DNA of 63,964 bases, filler included, from Stramenopiles sp. TOSAG23-3 (lineage: Eukaryota), in the NCBI GenBank assembly GCA_900128585.1. It is 4 parts of 4 records of this genome, joined end to end, with 100 filler letters (N's around TTAATTAATTAA, not from the genome) between each part and the next. Parts side by side here need not be neighbours in the genome. Positions count along the whole stretch, not along the records: positions 1 to 29,746 come from LT642233.1; positions 29,847 to 59,509 come from LT642234.1; 2 more parts are not named here. The stretch is one strand, 5' to 3'. The number at the start of each line of letters is the position of its first letter. Position 1 is the first letter of the stretch. The position numbers and the translations under genes were made by a program. The notes beneath the pieces were generated by a model that saw only the letters and a list, made by a program, of their open reading frames with translations, was not told the origin of the DNA and searched no databases. This document shows positions 28,820-37,098 of this stretch, piece by piece.

Positions 28820-29746
28820 GGTCGAAGGAGTTGGTTTATCTGCGTGGTTGTGCGTTTAAATGAACAAACTAGTTTAAATCTATTGCATATCGAGCGTGTG
28901 TCAGTCACGAAAGAGCAAGATTAGTTTTTTAAGTTAGAAGTACATGTATGGGAAAGTGCCTTCTTCAAGGTAATGGTGCCAAAAACGACTGCTAGATAGA
29001 AGAAACAAGGAGGGGGAGAGGAGAGAGAAGAGAAAAAGAAGAAGAAGAAGAGAAAAAGAATATTATTTTAATAATCTAAAAATAATAATTATTACAACAA
29101 CAACAACATAATATTATATAACAAAGCGATTCATTTTTTATTTATTTTTTTGGATAATTATTGTATACACTGTATAGCTTATATTATTATACCAATTTAG
29201 TATTCCAGTGCGTGCATTGAACTCCTCTTCTCCTCTCATAAAATATAACACAAGGAGTCCCATTGTAATTGAGTGTACATTTTCATTATATAGAGAATCT
29301 ATAAATAAATAATGAAAAAAAAACAAAAAGAACCCCAGGTATTATATTAAGGTACCGTACCTACCTACCTCCTATAATACCAAGGGTAATGGAAGGTTTT
29401 AATACAGACAACCTTTTGGTATAATATTAATACCTTAAGGTATTTATACCGTAGTCGTCTACGAGGACTCTCATAGAATTTAAAATATTTACATGAAATT
29501 AGGAGGCTTAATAAAGTACAATGAGGAGTGGACGGACTCTTGAATGGAGGAATGGAGTGAATGCATTTATTTTGTATTTAAATAGGTATTATATTAGTAA
29601 ATAGTACATATATAATATAGTCTAAAATAAAGGATAGGCACGACACACCACACACAACAACAAACAAAGAAGCTCCTCACTCCCAATTATTTCTTTTAAA
29701 ATAAAATACGAGGATAATTAAACTAATATAAAAAAGCAGCCCATCA

Positions 29747-29846
29747 NNNNNNNNNNNNNNNNNNNNNNNNNNNNNNNNNNNNNNNNNNNNTTAATTAATT
29801 AANNNNNNNNNNNNNNNNNNNNNNNNNNNNNNNNNNNNNNNNNNNN
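29747..29846. other. Artificial contig linker N44-TTAATTAATTAA-N44
   Basis: 100-nt spacer with stop codons in all six frames; identical to the spacers at 59510 and 61738. Confidence 0.98.
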
Positions 29847-29847
29847 A

Positions 29848-32685
29848 CGTATTGACAGAAAATGGAAGCGATTGGAACAGCGCAAAAAAAGAAAAGAGCG
29901 TGAAGAACAATCGCAAGTGAAGATGGCGCAAGCTCACGCCCGCTTTGACGTATTTCTTGTTACGGTTGCGACGAAGCAACCATCATTTGAAAACATCGTT
30001 AGAGAATTTGAAAAACAGGAGAGCGAAACCTCTGAGAGGGCCATGCCAATTCATTACTTTTTCAGTACAATAGAGAAGCTAATCAGTGAAAAGTTAGGGA
30101 ATGATACGAAAAAAGCAATAAAATTTGTACTCGATCCCCAGGGGGAGGGCGTTGTGCACACTGAAGAATTTTTTTGGGTTTTGAATAGGCAGTATCAAAC
30201 ACAAGATGGGAAGCAAAGTGCGAAAAAAAGCAAAAAGAGGGTGGGCACCGTAAAATCGGAGAAAATAATATCGAGGGATAATGCTAACATACCATATGCA
30301 AGCTCGCAGCCTATGTCAGAGGAATACGCTGTCAGTCCGACCAACAACGTGCCGGCAAAGCTTGAAGCAGGTATGGAGTACCCTCCTGAAATTGATATAG
30401 AAACTGTTAGGGTGTATGTAATGGTAGTCGGCGCCTCGAATTTGGACATCAGGAAAAAATACCCTAGCCCCGACACGTTTGTTGAAGTAGAATTAGGGGG
30501 TTACCAAGGAGTCACCCCAACAGTATGGCGAGAGCCCAACCCCGCATATTGTCACCATTTTACATTTCCAGTGGTCAAGAACTCTTCGTCCGCAGTGCTT
30601 AGTCTAAAGTTACGTTTGGACAAAGGAAAAATGGAGAATTTCGTACTCGCAACTTTTCAGAGCCCACTACGGCATTTTGACAACAACTTGTGCAATGATG
30701 TTTGGCTCCCGATGGTAGATTCACGCGCATTGAAACAGAAAAAACGAAAGAACACTAGCGCAAGCAATCCCATGATTCACTTGTGCATTCGTGTTGTACA
30801 CTCAGTCGTTCATATCGACGATATTCGAGAATCGCCCAAAAATTTCATCAATGCCGACTGGTCTTCTAAAAGTGGCCAAACGGGCCAAAAAGCAATAGCA
30901 CTGCTCCATGAAAGTACTATACTAATTGTCCCGCCACTAGCCGCAGGACATGACACGCCTGTCTTCCATCCTGTTCTCGGTTCAATGCCCCTATGGAATA
31001 CCTCTGTATCGAGCAACGTTCGTGAAAATCACTACGAGCATTTAGAACTAGCAAGCACCGACGGGGAGCTATTTATCCTAGAGCCAGCAAGCATTTTAGA
31101 AAAATCAGAGGGATGGATGAAAGCAGTCCTGCGCTCAAGGCATCACATCAAGAGTCGGCTGTGCCTCCCGAACAAAAAACACATGGTGTCCATGGACACG
31201 ATTGGCGGTGTTGATACCCGTTTTCAGCGGGCTTACGAGCATTTTCGATTGGGTGAAGATGCTTGCCCAAACACTCTTTTCGTCCGGTGCACTCTGGCCG
31301 TTAGCAAGACGCGCTGTCCAGGGTGGCTCTTGCTAACGGACACCTCGCTGTATTTCTGGGGGGATGTAGGGATAACAGCCCAGAATGTAGTAATACCATT
31401 GCTGGATCTAATGATGGTGGACGTTCATAACATCTCTTTCGTTCGTGCGCTTCACGTGTACACAAACGCTGGGCTATGGAGATTCACAGGATTTCCATCT
31501 CCAAGTATAATCAAGCAGCGAATCATGGAAAGAATGTTTGTCTTGATGGAGAATACGATTGGCCGATCTCAACTTTATGATCGGCGCAAAAGTGGACTAA
31601 CCTTTCCCGGTATAAGTCATGCACCGTTTTTAACATTGGATGAAGGCAACCCCAAAAACAAAAATAGAACGACGCCTAGAAGACCAAAACTGAAAAACAA
31701 GGCGGGGAGAAAAACTCCACGAAGCCGTAACACAACGGCTTTGCGAAAATCTCCCAGACCAGCAAAACAGTTTGCGGCATTGTCTCGCGAAGCCGACGCG
31801 CGTTCTATGGTTGCTTCGTTGAACGAAATTTCCGCTGACGACTTTAGCATAGTGCGTGTGCTGGGAAAATCCATCGGTAAAAACAAAGGGTTTGTGGAGG
31901 AAATTATTCATAAAGTTACGGGAACTAGGAAGTGCATGAAATTCATACCAATGCACAAAGCCGTCACGGAAGAAATGGCTAGAGAAATTGGAGTGTTAGA
32001 GCATATTATGCACCCTTTCATACTGAGTTCCCAAGCCCTCTTTGAACTACAATCTTCTATTGCAATCTTGAGCAATTTCATCCCCAGAGAAATGAGGACT
32101 CTGGTGTTACAGCATTCTTTGACAGAGAAAGAGGCATCTTTTTATATTGCAGAGGTACTGTCTGCTGTACACCATCTTCACTCCCTAAAGGTGGTTCATC
32201 GAGGTATTGAAATCGACAATGTTCGGATAAAAACAGATGGGCGAGTAAAGATCGTGGACGTGCGCTATTGCAAATTTATGGCCGAAGAAAAGACTTACAC
32301 CCTGGCTGGTACTACAAGATATATGTCACCAAATCGTATCTCTGGAAGCGGGCATGGATTAGAATCTGACCTGTGGTCACTTGGCATATTTTTGTTCGAA
32401 TTATTGAAGCTGCAGATGTATAAAAACATTGTATCATGTTCGTACACGATACCCGAATCATTTAGCGATACTGTTGCTGATTTTATCTCAAGGCTCCTTC
32501 TTCCCCAATACTTTCCTGTGGAAAACGATGGGTTGCATCTTTGCACAGCAGAGCAAGCCATGGATCATGTTTATCTAGACGATATAGACTGGGATAAAGT
32601 CTGTGAAATGAACGACGTTGTTCCTTTTGTGCCTGTCGGTTCGGAAACGCAGTGGAAGAAAAATGAAGCATTTTATGAGTGGTAG
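29848..32685 (+). CDS. C2 + PH/GRAM-like + AGC-type pseudokinase (5'-partial)
   Basis: The frame is open from the contig edge. C2: VRVYVMVVGASNL...PDTFVEV...NPAYCHHFTF. GRAM-like: CPGWLLLTDTSLYF...VVIPL. Kinase fold with HRGIEIDN, VDVRY, TYTLAGTTRYMSPN and SDLWSLGI. Confidence 0.82.
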   Translation, partial: RIDRKWKRLEQRKKRKEREEQSQVKMAQAHARFDVFLVTVATKQPSFENIVREFEKQESETSERAMPIHYFFSTIEKLISEKLGNDTKKAIKFVLDPQGEGVVHTEEFFWVLNRQYQTQDGKQSAKKSKKRVGTVKSEKIISRDNANIPYASSQPMSEEYAVSPTNNVPAKLEAGMEYPPEIDIETVRVYVMVVGASNLDIRKKYPSPDTFVEVELGGYQGVTPTVWREPNPAYCHHFTFPVVKNSSSAVLSLKLRLDKGKMENFVLATFQSPLRHFDNNLCNDVWLPMVDSRALKQKKRKNTSASNPMIHLCIRVVHSVVHIDDIRESPKNFINADWSSKSGQTGQKAIALLHESTILIVPPLAAGHDTPVFHPVLGSMPLWNTSVSSNVRENHYEHLELASTDGELFILEPASILEKSEGWMKAVLRSRHHIKSRLCLPNKKHMVSMDTIGGVDTRFQRAYEHFRLGEDACPNTLFVRCTLAVSKTRCPGWLLLTDTSLYFWGDVGITAQNVVIPLLDLMMVDVHNISFVRALHVYTNAGLWRFTGFPSPSIIKQRIMERMFVLMENTIGRSQLYDRRKSGLTFPGISHAPFLTLDEGNPKNKNRTTPRRPKLKNKAGRKTPRSRNTTALRKSPRPAKQFAALSREADARSMVASLNEISADDFSIVRVLGKSIGKNKGFVEEIIHKVTGTRKCMKFIPMHKAVTEEMAREIGVLEHIMHPFILSSQALFELQSSIAILSNFIPREMRTLVLQHSLTEKEASFYIAEVLSAVHHLHSLKVVHRGIEIDNVRIKTDGRVKIVDVRYCKFMAEEKTYTLAGTTRYMSPNRISGSGHGLESDLWSLGIFLFELLKLQMYKNIVSCSYTIPESFSDTVADFISRLLLPQYFPVENDGLHLCTAEQAMDHVYLDDIDWDKVCEMNDVVPFVPVGSETQWKKNEAFYEW

Positions 32686-33079
32686 ATTACAATTGATTGT
32701 TGTGCTGTGTCTATTGTAATAATAACTAAAAAAAAGGAGCATGAAAAATAAATACCATACTACACCCCTACGAATAAAAAACCAAGTTATCAACTCCAGC
32801 GCAAACAACAAAGAAGAAGAAGCAGGAACGGAATGAAGAACGGCAAAAAATGGATTATTTGTTGTTGAGAAGAAGAAGACTGTTGTTCAAATATATATAA
32901 ATACGAAACAAAAATAACAATAAATAATAATAAATAATAATATATAGCAAATTAATATTATTCTTTGAATTGTTTGTGTCACATCCCAAGTGCATAAAAA
33001 ATAGGAGATGGATAAAGTCACATGCTTTTCTTCAAGTCTTGGTCTAACAAAGAAGCAGCATAAAGCGGGTGTTCTTTGA

Positions 33080-34957
33080 ATGTCTTTTCGTGTCAGAGGA
33101 AATACCCCACCGGATGGGTCACCCCCTTCCCCACACCGCCACCAGCTTCGACGCTCAGTGTCCGCGGCGTACAATATATCACAACATCAGAGTGTTGCGA
33201 AGAATTTTAATACAGATGCGAAATTTGAGACAGAATATGAAGTGGTAAAGGAACTTGGTGAAGGTGGCTTTGGGAAAGTCTTCAAGGCGAAAAATGTTGT
33301 TGACGGAATGACTTACGCAGTAAAAGAATGTCATTTCTTTTTTGACGTGGGTGCAGACAATAAGGATATGGAAGCACTGCGAATAAAGGCGTTGCGAGAG
33401 GCACAAATGATCGGCAAGTTAGACCATCCTAATGTGGTCCGATACCACAGCTGTTGGGTAGAAGATTTGGGTCTTCAAGTTTGCGACAACGATTCAGAAG
33501 ATGAATTCAGCGACGAAGATTGCATGTTTGACGCAGAGGATATGCCGGAGGACGACAATTTAGGCCTGGGGTCACCGCCATTACTTGTTCGACAGAACGG
33601 GCAGTTTGAAATGGGTTACGGCACCAATAATCAAAACGTTTTTCGGCTGCGATCTGGGCGCCGTCTATCTCCAGTTGCTGACAGTGATGTTATTGAAGAC
33701 GAGCGCAGCACGGAAAAAAAGCCAGTAATGGCCCGGCAACCTTCTCAAAAAAGTACTGGATCGAACAAAAGTTTGAAGCACCAGTTGAACCTGTACATTC
33801 AAATGGCCTGCTACGAAACAGACACGTTGAAGGAGTTTCTGGAGCGGCGGGCGACTATCTCGCGCGAAGAGAACCTGTCTATACTGAAGCAACTCTTGTC
33901 TGGGCTGGTATACGTTCATCACAGTGGTTTGATCCACAGGGATTTGAAACCACCAAATATTTTTCTGATTTATGATGGTAAGAGAAAATCACAAAATGTC
34001 AGGGTGTTGATTGGCGATTTTGGGCTTGCGATGAATACCTCTCGGCCAGTGTTGGCAAGGAAAGCGTCGAAGGCTTTTAGGCGACTGAGCGCTTTGGGAA
34101 ATTTGTCGTTTTCAAGCGTGGGCAGTGAAAGTCCGGACAAGGCTGGAGCTTTGCAAAACCAGTCTTACGATGCAGACCTTTGCGTTGGCACGGAAACGTA
34201 CGCTGCGATCGAGCAGTTGGAGGGTAAATCAAACATAAGCGATCGGGCTGATATATATTCTCTGGGAATAATTATGACCGAATTGTTCTGTCAATTTGGG
34301 TCGTACATGGAAAGAGGGAAAGTGATTGACGATGCGCGCACCAGCGCCATACTACCGGTTGGAATGAGAGAGAAATTCCCGCAAGAGTCTGAACTTGCAG
34401 TGAGAATGTTATGCCACACACCTCGAAAGCGGCCAAGCGCAGAGGAAGCACTGGCATCCACAAAAAAACTTATGAACGATTTGCTTGTTTCTCGTGCCGC
34501 AAAGACAAGTCAAGACAGGAAACAAAAGGTGCTCGCTATTGCTGAAAAATTAGCGCATCGGACGAAGAATATGTGTTTAAGTCCTCCTGCTGCTAGCACT
34601 GTGCCTGCACATTTTTCCGATCGCAATAGTGAAAAGCCTACCAAGTACTTGAAAAGCTCTGATTCTATAAGTATAAATGAGATAATCTTTGAAAACAATG
34701 AAGGGCGGAATTGTCGAACATTTCAGGGAATTGTTGGTTTAGACAAGGCAGGAACAGCGACCGTTATTGTGGAGTGCCAGCAGCAAGCATCCCCGCAGGC
34801 GTTTACCTATAACTTGACCGCCATGTTGGCGCCGATGCCAAGCTTGCACGTTTCAAAAGAGGCAAAGTTCTCTAAAGAATCAAGCGGGATTTTAGTCTTT
34901 TCTATTGGGGGCGGGGTGCCCCATGGTCGCGTAAGCTGGCAACTGATTGGCAACTAA
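33080..34957 (+). CDS. eIF2-alpha kinase family (HRI/PERK/GCN2-like) Ser/Thr kinase
   Basis: LGEGGFGKVFKAKNVVDGMTYAVK, HPNVVRYHSCWVE, an acidic kinase insert, LYIQMACY, IHRDLKPPNIF, IGDFGLA, GTETYAAIEQ and DIYSLGII. Confidence 0.9.
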   Translation: MSFRVRGNTPPDGSPPSPHRHQLRRSVSAAYNISQHQSVAKNFNTDAKFETEYEVVKELGEGGFGKVFKAKNVVDGMTYAVKECHFFFDVGADNKDMEALRIKALREAQMIGKLDHPNVVRYHSCWVEDLGLQVCDNDSEDEFSDEDCMFDAEDMPEDDNLGLGSPPLLVRQNGQFEMGYGTNNQNVFRLRSGRRLSPVADSDVIEDERSTEKKPVMARQPSQKSTGSNKSLKHQLNLYIQMACYETDTLKEFLERRATISREENLSILKQLLSGLVYVHHSGLIHRDLKPPNIFLIYDGKRKSQNVRVLIGDFGLAMNTSRPVLARKASKAFRRLSALGNLSFSSVGSESPDKAGALQNQSYDADLCVGTETYAAIEQLEGKSNISDRADIYSLGIIMTELFCQFGSYMERGKVIDDARTSAILPVGMREKFPQESELAVRMLCHTPRKRPSAEEALASTKKLMNDLLVSRAAKTSQDRKQKVLAIAEKLAHRTKNMCLSPPAASTVPAHFSDRNSEKPTKYLKSSDSISINEIIFENNEGRNCRTFQGIVGLDKAGTATVIVECQQQASPQAFTYNLTAMLAPMPSLHVSKEAKFSKESSGILVFSIGGGVPHGRVSWQLIGN

Positions 34958-35043
34958 CATAGGAATAACTTTTCTCGTTACGGGTAGAGAAACGCGGCAT
35001 TTTTATTTATATAAACTTAATGACTACTGAAATTAGTGCTGAT

Positions 35044-36600
35044 CTACGTTGAACCGTACCTGCCGTGCCGTTCATCATCTCCACTTTCAAGAGGAACATA
35101 TTCTTGATTGTCATGGTTGATTGTGGTATTATTAACTTCTGCATCATTTTGAACTCTTCTCACAATTCCAGCCCAATCCGATTTCCAAACGTACAGGGAC
35201 GATAACGTCGTGGTTATCCCGTACCCAAAAGCAAGAGCCAGCCACAGTCCAAACAACCCTTTGGTTTGTTCCAAGTGAAATGCAAAGAAAAACGCGAGTG
35301 GTATGCAGCACACCCAAGCCCCCAAAACAAAACTTAATGCAATCGCCATTGGGCGCCCTTGCGCCCCAAGGGTGGCCATATTAATGTAAAATATTACCAA
35401 AGCAAGGTATCCGAGTCCACATAAAGTTGATATTTTCGTCGCCAGATGCCAGACCAACGGATCGTTAGAAAACAAATGGCCGATTTCAACGCGCAGCACA
35501 ATGAACGTCAGAGCGATTAAGGTTCCAATCCCCCCCCCGCACACAGATGCGATTTTTATGACTCGCTTTGCTCCCTCAACATTGCCAGCACCAAGGTAGA
35601 ACGCAACGCGGACTCTAGTAGCACCACTGACAGCCCACATCATGCTCGTTAGTACCCAAACAAAATTCAGCATGGAGTTGTGCGTTGCAATGGATATTTT
35701 GCCAATCCGAGCAGCCAAGATTGCTATGAATTGTAATTGGCCATCTTCTAAAAGCATCGAGAGGCTCAGTGGGAGCCCGAGCAGCAATAACTTTTTCATG
35801 CGCTCGATCGTTATTCCGGTGCACGCACCATCTTCAATAGCTTGAGGCGGTGATTCAGACATGTCTGACAACGGGATTTGGGCTTTCTTGTGCTTTGACA
35901 TCAGGTGTCTCACAATCGCAAAGCCGCCGATACAGAGCACGCAGCGACTGCCAACTGTTGCCATCGGAGAGCCAATAAAACCAAACCCTGCCCAGTCTGG
36001 GCCCCAACCATAAAGAAAAAGAGCGTTGAAAAGTAGATTGAGGCAAAAACAAGCCATGGACAAGACCATTTGAGGCATAGTCACATGGTTCGATACAAGG
36101 TAAGAGTTGAACGCCTGGTACCAAAGGAAAGGGATAAATCCCACTGCCAAAGTCCGCGTGTAGCTTGTTGTCAGTGCAGTGAGCTCCTCTCCCAACCCTG
36201 AAAAATAGTCTAATATCTGCCCTGCCCAAATGTACGACAAAACAATTGGCATTCCGAACAATGTCACCAAGCACAGGCAAACGTACAAGTAAGATTTTGC
36301 GAGTCGGAAATTTTTCGCCCCCAAGGCCTGGCTAATCAATATTTGTCCTGCACTGTTTATCCCTTTAACTATCAACACGTTCATGAGCGAGTTGTATATG
36401 TTTCCTAGCGAAGCAGCGCTGACGTACGTCGTGGACTTGGAAACCGAAGTTGAATTATCCAGAGGATCAGCCCTATTGTAATGGCCAAGGAATGAAATGT
36501 CTGTAAGCCCCATGCCTGTCTGTGATATGTTTGTTATCAACACAGGCCACACAATCGCAATCCATACAAAAAATTCCTTCCGCAGCGCCGAGGACCCCAT
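35044..36600 (-). CDS. MATE family efflux transporter
   Basis: About 12 TM; TDISFLGH, SQALGAKNF, GFGFIGSPMAT, VRVAFYLGAGN and GLFGLWLAL. First ATG is at 36600. Confidence 0.92.
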   Translation of the reverse strand: MGSSALRKEFFVWIAIVWPVLITNISQTGMGLTDISFLGHYNRADPLDNSTSVSKSTTYVSAASLGNIYNSLMNVLIVKGINSAGQILISQALGAKNFRLAKSYLYVCLCLVTLFGMPIVLSYIWAGQILDYFSGLGEELTALTTSYTRTLAVGFIPFLWYQAFNSYLVSNHVTMPQMVLSMACFCLNLLFNALFLYGWGPDWAGFGFIGSPMATVGSRCVLCIGGFAIVRHLMSKHKKAQIPLSDMSESPPQAIEDGACTGITIERMKKLLLLGLPLSLSMLLEDGQLQFIAILAARIGKISIATHNSMLNFVWVLTSMMWAVSGATRVRVAFYLGAGNVEGAKRVIKIASVCGGGIGTLIALTFIVLRVEIGHLFSNDPLVWHLATKISTLCGLGYLALVIFYINMATLGAQGRPMAIALSFVLGAWVCCIPLAFFFAFHLEQTKGLFGLWLALAFGYGITTTLSSLYVWKSDWAGIVRRVQNDAEVNNTTINHDNQEYVPLESGDDERHGRYGST

Positions 36601-37098
36601 ATCGGTTCCTTGGTTTTGCGACTTTTTTTTCAAAATAAATGAAACAAGAAGCCGTGGTGCAATAACCTCCTACTATAATTATTTTTCAACCCGCTTCTGC
36701 GTTCCTTCATTTGCAGAAGTTTTCCTAGAATATAAATACGTCGCGTAAAAATGATATAATGCGCTTTGCATAAAAAATACATTTGTAGTTATAATACCAA
36801 GTATAATAATTGCGATAATAAATATGATGATTATTTTTTTATTAATAAAATTATTTTTTTCGTCTTCTTCTGAAGATGATGATAAAATATATAGAGGATG
36901 GATGATATTAAAATACCGTACAGGTACCCGGTACGGTAATAGTACCGGTACGGTAACTGTGGTAGTCTACCGAACGGTAGATTGATATGATGATGATGCA
37001 GCGAAAAGAGAGAAGAGGATAATAATATTATTAGATTTTATTATGTTATTAGCTTATATATAGCGTATAAGTATTAGGACTTCTCGTACAAAATGTAC

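Noticed and set aside
29747-29846. TTAATTAATTAA flanked by N runs, repeated three times, as a biological repeat
   Set aside because: Identical 100-nt artificial linker with six-frame stops; it is an assembly concatenation artefact.
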